DNA of 64,000 bases from Octopus sinensis (taxonomy: Eukaryota). Below are positions 54,233 to 64,000 of this stretch, piece after piece (position 1 is the stretch's first letter; each line of letters opens with the position of its first letter). The notes below the pieces were generated by a model, which searched no databases, was not told the DNA's origin, and worked only from the letters and a program-made list of their open reading frames with translations. A program made the translations under genes and the position numbers. The stretch spans positions 104,346,001 to 104,410,000 of the forward strand of contig NC_043005.1 of NCBI RefSeq assembly GCF_006345805.1, written 5' to 3'.

Positions 54233-55221
54233 GACATATGAATCATGCAAGATCTTGAAATGAAAATATGGAGTAGAAAAAAAATGACAATAGAAAACAG
54301 AACCATTGTGTCATACTATTTAATTTCCGTGAAGGATTAAAAGTTCATCTTAAGAAGTAATTAAGACTTAGAGGTATTTAGGACGTGACAACAGAATGGT
54401 TTCTGATTGCTAATCGAAATAAAATGGCGAGATATAAATGCAAATGCTCACTAGTATGTACGCAGTACGTTTTAGATACGTAGCATGCTTAAAATAAATG
54501 TATATTTTACAGCAAGGTTTGTGGGATAAAGTATTTAGTGAACATGGCAACATATTTTCTTATCAAAATTTATAGCGAACCATAAGGCGCGAGTTCGATA
54601 CCCGCAAATAACTTTGAAATCCTTTTGAGGTATTCACGGCCTACATACTCATATAAGAATTATTTCAATGGATTCCATGTTTATTCGATCAGTCCTCTAA
54701 AATCTTTTTCTTAGTTTCTCCCTGTGTGCGTGTGTGCATATCTTGGGTAATTATATAAGAATGAAAGACAATTATGTACTTGATAAGTATGTGGTGAGTA
54801 TTATGAGAACTGGAAGATTTTGTAAATATTCAGATTTTACAGAATATGCATTATTTGACAGTTATCGTTGCAATGATCAAAAGGAAAACTAACTTCGCAT
54901 TGTTAATCAAGTTGCATCCCTGCAAGTGAAATCACAGGTTGAGCTTCGTAATCGCGAAGTGTGCAAACGGATCGATTTAATTTCTGAATTTGCGTGATAC
55001 ATTTAATGAAGTGCCAATGGAAAACATATCAAAAAGCTAAAGTACTGATTTATAAATTCTAAGATTTAAGAGCTAATATCTATTTCATTTCTTCCTGTTT
55101 TACATCTATAAAATAATATAAACTGTTCAATTCTGAATTTCTAGCAGACTATTTGATAAAATTTTGATTTAACCAGAAGTGCTGACCTTTCTTTTTGAAT
55201 GTAGATATAGGTATGTGTGTA

Positions 55222-55254
<33 letters not shown>

Positions 55255-55287
55255 ATGTATGTTGTATTTATATATGTATGTATATAT

Positions 55288-55517
55288 GTTTCTTTATTAC
55301 CCACAAGGGGCTAAACATAAAGGGGGCAAACAAGGACAGACAAACGAATTAAGTCGATTACATCGACCCGTGCGTAGCTGGTACTTAATTTATCGACCTC
55401 GAAAGGATGAAAGGCAAAGTCGACTTCGGCGAAATTTGAACTCAGAACCTAACGGCAGACAAAATACTGCTACCCATTTCGCCCGGCGTGCTAACAGTTC
55501 TGCCAGCTCGCCGCCTT
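55288..55517 (-). mobile_element. SINE family B, full length
   Basis: Reverse complement of GGCGGCGAGCTGGCAGAACTGTTAGCACGCCGGGCGAAATG..., with the same 3' end as 16228-16462. Confidence 0.9.
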
Positions 55518-55674
55518 AAATGTGTGTATGTATGTATATATGTATATATGTATGTATATGTGAGTGTGTATGATACGTCTTTGTGTGCGCGCGCGTACAT
55601 ATCTATATATATTTGCATATTTACATATATTTACATATAGTGCGAATGTTTATTCTGCTTCAGTTTAGTAATTC

Positions 55675-57283
55675 GAACGGCAACAGCAGGGTATCAGTTT
55701 AGAGATGGTAAAGGAAAACTTAACCATTTGCTCTACATGGATGGTCTGAAGCTTTTCATTAAGAATAAAAAATGAGATAGAATGTTATGAGGCTCCACAA
55801 CAGGACATTGTACGCTTAACAATGGAAGACGTAATTACACAGGTACCGGAACGGCCAAATTGGAAAGCAACAGGACCAGACGGAATCCAAGGCTACTGGC
55901 TCAAGTGGTTTAGGTCAACACAAGCGAATTGCTTTGCAGTTAAATAATTGCCAACAGAGTGGTGCAGTTCTGTAAAGGATTGCAGAGGGAAAGACAACAT
56001 TGTTCATGAAAGATCGGTCAAAGGTCGGGTGAGGTTGGGAATCACCAACCCATTGCTTGTCTTAACCTATTATAGAAAGTGTTAACAGGCATTCCCACAC
56101 AGAAAATATATACGATCCTTGCCGAAAACAATCTACTTCCAGTAGGACAAAAGGGATGCAGAAAAGGATTCCGTTTAGAAATAGTAACGGAAAAAATTAA
56201 TCCTTTGCTCTACATGGATGATCTGAAGCTTTTTAGTAAGAATGAAGCGATAGATTCCTTAGGACAGACTGTAAGACTCTTCAGCAAAGATATAGGTACG
56301 GAATTTGGCATAGATAGGTGTGCAATATCAGTCATGGGAAGGGAACAGGTAGTCAACAACGAAGGCATCCAATTATCAGATGGTCAGACATTAAAATCAT
56401 CGAAAGGAGGAGAGAATTATAAGTATCTAGGAATATTAGAATCTGATAGAGTACTAACTATAGAAATGAAAACGAAAGTTGAAAAGGAGTCCATGAGAAG
56501 AGTGACGAAGCTGATGAAGTCAAAGCTCAATGGTCCGAATCAAGTGAAGGTTGTCAATACTTGAGAAGTATCATTACTTAGATACTCAGCAACTTTTGTA
56601 GGTTGGACAAAAACTGAATTAGCAAGCTAGACAGAAGAACTACGAAGGAATTCAATATGATCACGGGCTGGAATAACAAGATTATACTTACCAAGAAAGA
56701 AAGGCGGAAGAGGGTCAATATCAGTAGAAGACTCCGCGGAGTTAGCTAGAATAGATATAGACTCCAATGAAGTTTATTAAAGGTTGCTAGTTTACTAAAG
56801 AAAGTTTACTAGAGGCTGCAATACAGAGGAAGACCAAAAACCTAAAACAAAGTTTAAAATCAGAAATAAGAACAGAAGTTATCTGACTGCTGCATATAGT
56901 AGTAGTGAAACATGTTTATGGTTGCAAAGAGGAAAGCTGAAAGGGGAGACAGCATTAAGGACTAATTGGATAAAAGTCAAGATAGACAAAAACCAAGTAG
57001 ATTCCCAATGTAGGTTATTGCAAATCAAAAGAGGAAAGTGTTACTCATGTAGTAAATGAATGTAGCATTCTGGCACAGAAAGAATACAAGAAAAGACATG
57101 ACAACCTAGGGAGAGTAATCCACTGGAAGTTATGTAGAAAACTAGGATCTGAACATAACTGGGAAGTAAGAAATATACGATGTCGTGGGACTTCATCATT
57201 CAGATTGATAGAGTAATAGAAGCTAGAAGGCCTGGTTTAGTAGTAGTAGATAAAGAGAATAGAAAGTGCCAGATAATTGACTA
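55675..57283 (+). mobile_element. Decayed, rearranged R4/Dong-clade LINE (RT, CCHC knuckle, RLE endonuclease)
   Basis: PNWKATGPDGIQGYWLK, HQPIACLNLL, QKGCRKG, LLYMDDLKLF, DIGTEFGIDRC, YKYLGILE, KLNGPN; C-x2-C..H..C (CRL/CKSKEESVTHVVNEC, frameshifted); RHDNLGRVIHWKLC; VVWDFIIQIDRVIEARRPGLVVVD..CQIID. Many stops and frameshifts. Confidence 0.9.
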
Positions 57284-57500
57284 ACGATATGTGCATCTCT
57301 GATCACGTGCAGAAGTAGTGGGGGAGTATCATAGCCATGTGTTCAGAGGAATTCTTTGGAGTTTGAATAATTCACCTTTGGAAACATGGGTGGTTCGTTC
57401 AACATCATTATTCAGGGACCTTTTGAGCGGGATGGGCTACTCGACCAGAAGAAAATTCTAGCTGGAACCCACCTGCAAGGTCATGCGCTGCTCTCTTACT
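57284..57500. mobile_element. Internally deleted partial copy of the ~560-bp AAT-associated element
   Basis: ACGATATGTGCATCTCTGATCACG.GCAGAAGTAGTGGGGGAG...CCTGCAAGGTCATG, then CTCTCTTACTCAATA; matches 58120-58335 plus the element end. Confidence 0.85.
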
Positions 57501-57517
57501 CAATACTACTACTACTG

Positions 57518-57571
<54 letters not shown>

Positions 57572-57654
57572 TACTACTACTACTACTACCACTACTACAA
57601 CTAATAATAATAATAATAATAATAATAATATAATAATAATAAAAATAATAATGA

Positions 57655-57868
57655 TCCTACCTACTAAAAGCACAAGGTCTGAAATTTGTGGGGAAGTGGC
57701 TAGTCGATTACATCGACCCCAGTGTTTCACTGGTACTTAATTCATTGACTCCGAAAGGATGAAAGGCAAAGTCGACCTCGGTGGAGTTTGAACTCAAAAC
57801 GTAGCGGCGGGCGAAATACCACTAAGCATTTCCTCTAGCGTGCTAACGATTCTGCCAGCTCACTGCTT
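57655..57868 (-). mobile_element. SINE family B
   Basis: Reverse-complement head GCAGTGAGCTGGCAGAATCGTTAGCACGC; core GGAAAGGATGAAAGGCAAAGTCGACCTCGG-like; sits in (AAT)n. Confidence 0.85.
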
Positions 57869-57891
57869 TAATAATAATAATAATAATAATA

Positions 57892-57931
<40 letters not shown>

Positions 57932-57935
<4 letters not shown>

Positions 57936-58489
57936 GCCTTGATGCAGTACCAGGCAGTGGCTCTCATGGCTTCTGATCTTAACTGATTGGAAGTGTTATC
58001 ATGTACATTGTTTTGTCTTGGTATAAAAGATGGGCTACAGCAAATATTCTGCTCAATACCACAGATTTGCTTGTCAGTTGTTTGACCGTAACCAGTTGAG
58101 CATGTCCCTTAGTGGCTGACGATATGTGCATCTCTGATCACGAGCAGAAGTAGTGGGGGAGCATCATAGCCATGTGTTGAGAGGGATTCTTTGGGGTTTG
58201 GATAATTCACCTTTGGAGATATGGGTGTTTCGTTCAACGTCCTTAAACAACCCTTATTCAGGGACCTTTTGAGCGGGATGGGCTACTCGATCTGAAGAAA
58301 ATTCTTACTGGGGTCCACCTGCAAGGTCATGTGCTGTTTATCTTGATATGATATCATCATGTCGCGCACATATGGTTGTGATGCATGTGCCTGGTGTACC
58401 CTTATCAGACGGGTAGTCATGATGGGTATACTGGGCTTCGTATATTTTACCCCAGTGTCACTTTGATGGCATGAACTACTCTCTCACTC

Positions 58490-58490
<1 letters not shown>
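57932..58490. mobile_element. ~560-bp non-coding interspersed element inserted in (AAT)n
   Basis: (AAT)n on both sides, no tRNA head, no TIR, no long ORF. Partial copies at 27021-27650 and 57284-57500. Confidence 0.8.
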
Positions 58491-58563
<73 letters not shown>

Positions 58564-59162
58564 TCACTGGGTAATTTGCAAAAACCTGGACCATGATAAA
58601 AACTGCTGGGAACACAAGCCCCCTCCGTTACTTGAAAATTATCACATCTCGCTCCTCTGGAACTTCACCATTCAAACTGACAGAAAGATAGAAGCGAATA
58701 GGCCAGACATTATATTGAAAGATTTCAGACAAAAATCATACCTCCTCATTGATATGACTGTCCCAATTGATATAAATGTATCTGTCAAAACCTAGCAAAA
58801 ACTAAGCAAGTATAAAGATCTTATAAATGTGGAACCTCAAGACTAAAACAATGCATGTTGTCATAGGTGCCCAAGGAATGGTAGCAAAAGGAGCTGATCG
58901 CTACCTAGCTCAGATACCACGGAGCTCCAAAATGGCAGAAATTCAAAGATGGTGCTGACGGGAACTGCCCATATCCTACGTAAAATACTGTTTGTGTAAT
59001 CTCAAATTTTAAAACAAACTCTTAATTTTCTTAAACATTCTCTAGAATAATACTATGTACAAAACCAAATATATGACACCTTAGGTATAACACCAACATG
59101 AACTTCTAACTTGTTATCTCTTGAGGTCTCTGTACAAATACAAAGCAAAAGTAAAACATAAC
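58564..59162 (+). mobile_element. R4/Dong-clade LINE 3' fragment (RLE domain and 3' UTR)
   Basis: HWVICKNL..WEHKPPPLLENYHISLLWNFTIQTDRKIEANRPDIILKD..LLIDMTVP..VVIGAQGMV..VLTGTAHILRKIL. Starts right after (AAT)n and ends at (ACA/ACG/ATG)n. Confidence 0.88.
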
Positions 59163-59169
59163 AACAACA

Positions 59170-59221
<52 letters not shown>

Positions 59222-60301
59222 TGATGATGATGATGCTTTCTATTATAAGCATAAGGCCTGAATTTGGGGGAGGTCTGTGATGGTAGGGTAATTTATATCC
59301 TTGAGCCAGGACTTTCCGGGTACTATATTTCAGTGACCCTGAAAGGTTGAAATAAATGTTGACGTCAACTACTTTTAAAGAAAAACATTTTTCTTGGTAG
59401 AATTTACTGATAGCAGGAAGATTATATGTTTGAAATGTTCAGTATGTTGGTGTTGATATAATTATTGTGACAAACAACTGCATCCCTTCCACGCTATCAT
59501 TGCCATTGTCATTTTTATTTCATTTTCTTCCACTTTTGCTAATTTTGTTTACGCACTTGCCACTGCCATCATCATCGTGTTCTTTTTATTCCTCTTCCTC
59601 CTCTCTCACTTCCTCCCTTTCCCTCCTCTTTCTCTCCCTCTTCCTCCTCATCATCACCATAATCATGATAAACATGATTATCGTCATCATCACGATCGTC
59701 AATATCATAACTTTTAACAACAACAACAACAATCACAATTAGGTATGAGGAAACAAAAGTCACCTGCAGTGACAATAATAATTTTTTAAACAACAACAAA
59801 GAATAAAAGAAATGCAATAATAACGCTAGGAACACGACAGCATTAACAACATAACAACAATAACAATAGCACAAATAGCAACAAAATATAATCACCCCTA
59901 CCATTAGCACGATAGCAACAACAATGATAAAACATTGGCAATGACAATATCAACAGCATCAAATATGACATCATCTACACCAAATGTACTTCTATCATCA
60001 TCATCATTTTCATCATTATCACCAGAAACTTCAAAACAACGACAACAACAACAACAGCAACAAACGAAGATTTTTTAATTTTTTGCCCGTCACCAATAGA
60101 GATCAATGTCAAAACAAGTTTCAACTTTTCATTTCGAAATTTTCGAAATTTCAAAGAAATTTTCACTAATTCTATATGACTTGTATTCTTTTGATTAAAA
60201 CAGATTAAAAGAGATTATTAAAAGCAGAAGGTAACAGATTAAATGTCTGCAGCAGAAGGTAACATGAGTAGAAATTCAAGAAAATTTTAATATAAATTTT
60301 A

Positions 60302-60338
<37 letters not shown>

Positions 60339-60487
60339 GAAATAATATTTTTTTATTATTTTTGCTTGTAGAAAGTGAAAGAAATTACTTTTAGATTGTT
60401 CTTGACATTTTTAATGTTTTTGAACATTTTTCGTCTATCATTGTGGAATTTTTAGAAAATATCTGATTATCTAATTCAAAATATTCA

Positions 60488-60553
<66 letters not shown>

Positions 60554-60650
60554 CATCATCATCATCATTATTATTATTTTTATCGTTGCCATTGTCATCA
60601 TCCACATTTTTAATATTTTTTATTATTGATATAGTGATGATGATATTATC

Positions 60651-60693
<43 letters not shown>

Positions 60694-61489
60694 TATTATT
60701 ATTATTATTATTATTATTACGTGATATAGTTGTTTTTTATCTTAAATACATGACAGCTGAACTTAGTTACTTTAAATTTGAAGTTTTCTAAAGGAAGAAA
60801 AAACTACAATGATGACTTTAGTAACATCAACAGCCATGTGAACAACAGCAGGAGTAGCATCAACAATAGTAAAGATTCAATAGAACGCTTGCAAGATTTC
60901 GCGTTTTCTTTTTTGATCACAGCTGATGATGTTGATCGTTATTATAATATCAAACGAAAACGATGATAACAATGAAGAGGACGACGAAGTCACCACCGCC
61001 GCTGCTGATATTGATGGTGACAGTGTTGATGGAGATGACGACGACTTCAGTGACGTGAATGAAACTGGCAGAATACGTTTTATATTAAGAAAATACCCAT
61101 AAATTTTCAAGAAAAAATATGGAACGTACGACGCAAGTTAAATTAGAAATAGAGTGAAATATAATAACAACAGAAGTGGTGGCGTCGTTGGAGGTGTCGG
61201 TGGATGTGGTGGTGGAGGAGGCGGTGGAGGCAGCGGTGGCAGCGACAACGGCAGCAGAAGCAGCAGCAGTAGTAGCAGTAGCAGTAGTAGTAGTAGTAGT
61301 AGTAGTGGTGGCGGCGGCGGCGGCGGCGGTGGTGGTGGTGGTGGTGGTTTAGAAAGAATAACAAGTCGTTTGCAGTACATTTCTGGTAGTTACTTTAGTA
61401 ACCCTGAAAGCTGAATAGTAAATTTTAAACATAGATTTGAAGACAGACATCACAAAATAAATGCACTGAAACGAAATATCTCACATTAG

Positions 61490-61806
61490 TTATTCATTTT
61501 ATCAAAAGAAATATGAAATTGATCCGCGTCACATCGTTATTTGGTAAAATTCCAAGCAAAGAAATCAGAGCTGGCCTCGGTCTGTTCCTCTCACATCCAA
61601 TCTGCCGATTTGGAAATATCTCATGCAAGCACGAACAGTTGTGATATAACGACAAAGTGTAAAGTACGGCAGTGATAATGACCTCATTTGGAATTAAACT
61701 AAGGTTAAGGAATTGCTGCAACATGTTGCGATAAAATTGTCTTGTAACTGTAGTTTCGGCAAAGAAACACGGCCTGAAAGACTTGGGTTTTGTTATAATC
61801 ACCCTG
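61490..61806 (-). pseudogene. Heavily decayed Tc1/mariner-type transposase fragment
   Basis: RPCFFAETTVTRQFYRNMLQQFL and EIFPNRQIG resemble the GPFFF..TVT...YL.ML and FP.RWIG motifs; a CAGGGTGATT-like terminus at 61797-61806. Confidence 0.55.
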
Positions 61807-63086
61807 ATATAAATTTTAGATGAGTTCTTTTCCCAAAATAAGGTCTACTTAGACGGTAATCCGCCCAGATGCAATAATCATGGAAATTTATATTTCCCAC
61901 ATTTCTGAAGTGTTGCTTCATCACAGAGAGCAATGCAGATACGTTCTACGAATTCAGCACACACTGCACTCCCTGCAAGATAATCTCCCTCATATATGTT
62001 AAGGTTGCAGATCGCAGCTGTACACCCTTCTCAATTTATTTAGAGGGTCCAAAAAGGAAGCATATATAAATTACACTGTCTCCATCGAAACAGGTAGGGA
62101 ATTTATAAATAATTTGTATAAAAACATACATCTAAAAATATAAACAAATGCTCAATCAAAGAGCAAATAGACTAGCTCAACACCCTCAACATTATATTTG
62201 CTAAATAAAAGTTCAAATGAGTTAACTTATCCGTCTTTTTTCAAACAAACCACCACTCTCTTGTGTCGTTAGAACAGTGCTTGAATTGTTAAAAAAAATA
62301 ATGTCAGCTGGTCAAGACGATGATCTAGTTCTGATTCGTAGTTTGAATAAGTTCACTTAATTTGATATCAATAATGGCTTTAAAGAGTATATGAAGATCA
62401 AACATACCAACTTTTTTCTCTTTCCTTTAAAATATCAGGATCCATGCTCACTTTAAGATCTCAATATATGAAGAAGTACCACACAGTTAACTATTCTATG
62501 CGAAATTAATTATCCACCCAATGAATTTGGGATAAAAGAATGATTTCGATTAACATTATTTAGAATGAAAGTGTTTCATGGAAAACTAGAAGAAAGCGGT
62601 AAATTCGCTTGATCCATTTTTTAATATTTGGTTGTAGTCATTAAAATTCATTTAAATTGCTATTCTCTTGTAGAAAGGCTAAGGCATGTATAAACAATCA
62701 ATTTTAAACGCAAACAGTTGAGCAGAAACAGAAGTGTCTTTTGTGGAAGACTATTACAGCTTGAGGTGACTAACTCTGGAAACATATAGATAATCATCTA
62801 AGGCTATCAACTGATTATTTGATCAATCACTCAGCATTTTCTTTCTCTCAGTTCTTTAGAAACTTCCAGCAATATAGATGATTTTGGACATTGGTTGTAA
62901 GCGACGCCTTTCCATAGATAATTAGGAATATAAGTGAAATACCTACTAACGCTTCGTGGATTTAGCTCGCCAGATCAACTTTCTTTCTATAGTGGTCGTC
63001 ACTAATCTTAGACTTTTAAGTAATTTCAGTCTTTCAGATTCATATTTCCACATTATTTTGACATCCAGTGTTTTCAGTTACCTCTC

Positions 63087-63126
63087 GATATAACACTACC
63101 TGTTTGAAACAGGTAGTGTTTATATC
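63087..63126. repeat. Short palindrome, 14-bp perfect arms with 1-nt spacer
   Basis: AACACTACCTGTTT-G-AAACAGGTAGTGTT, extended by GATAT/ATATC with one bulge. Confidence 0.85.
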
Positions 63127-64000
63127 ATTCATTTCTTTACTTTGTGTTGCTTGGTTAAATCTATATATTCGGACAATTCATGTGTGACTGCCTGAAAAAA
63201 TGTGCTTTTTATGGCCTAAATGCCCTTTCCTGTGCAAGAGATCAGTATGAAGTGAAAATTTAGGGAGATTTCTCGGATTTTTCTCTTTCCACTTATCTTA
63301 CTCACAAAGTCCCGTTATGATCTTGACACATAAAAGAAATAAGTTGCTGTAGAAAAAGGCCGCCTTATCAAAGGGCTGGTTTGATAGATTTCGTTTATCA
63401 GAAAGAAATTTATTAAAAGCCATTTTGATGTGTGGATGCCAGGATGGAGAGGGCGGGTTTAAGGTTAAACTTTCTGAGTCTTATATAGAAAAAAATACAA
63501 ACGCCTGCATGCCGTCATTTATTCACAGCTTGTATTTTGTTCACGTGTAATCTTTAATAAATAGCGAGGTTGTCTCAGTAATGGCGGTATTATTTTCATT
63601 TCTTCGACCAACAAACCAATGTTTGAAGAAATATCAGAAACAACGGAATTTTACGGTACCTGCCAGTCTTTTTGATGTCCAAATAGAAACGGCTTTAGGG
63701 AACGAATAAAATATATGAAATATATACAAAGCGGGAAAGAATGTAATGAAAGAGAATGCAAGGAAAGGGAGAAGCATAAATAGAGGCTAAAGAAGGGAAC
63801 AGAAAATAAAAGAAAGAGAACATATTTGAATTTCAATGCTATATCATAAATAATAACTTTAAAAATTCGGGGACTAAACCACAAAGGGGGAAACAGAATT
63901 GATGGAAGTCAATAGTTGTATTGTTGTATTCTTTAATCTTTTACTTATTGGACATATTTTAGTGTTTAGGTTTTCAATGAAAAAAATATCAGTTAAAGAA

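Noticed and set aside
55675-57283. Intact, active retrotransposon
   Set aside because: Multiple stops, frameshifts, a missing RT middle and an RPD-to-RPG change in the endonuclease motif.

Overview
Eukaryotic, AT-rich and saturated with microsatellites. The SINE families and overall texture match what I recall of octopus (coleoid cephalopod) DNA; this is pattern recognition, not a database hit. Most of the supplied ORFs are translations of (CA)n, (TA)n, (TATC)n, (TACA)n or trinucleotide repeats and are not genes. The supportable content is mainly mobile DNA: (1) many tRNA-derived SINE copies from at least three families; (2) a TA-flanked 973-bp pogo-type element that still carries a 59-codon Brinker-type DNA-binding ORF missed by the ORF track; (3) a TTAA-flanked MITE; (4) decayed mariner DD34D and Tc1/maT-like transposases; (5) 3' ends of CR1-like LINEs; (6) several R4/Dong-clade (RLE) LINE fragments sitting in AAT/CTA/ATG microsatellites, twice directly downstream of the same ~560-bp non-coding element. 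One plausible host exon lies at 29467-29684 (+), so much of the window may be intronic. The most unusual signals are two related microsatellite-anchored palindromic elements (37359-37620, 51742-51975) whose arms co-vary within each copy, a minimal type I hammerhead ribozyme fold in a short repeat (19972-20008), a ~630-bp foldback (21622-22254), and two sites where SINEs appear to have inserted twice into the same target. No rRNA, true tRNA gene or CRISPR array was found.
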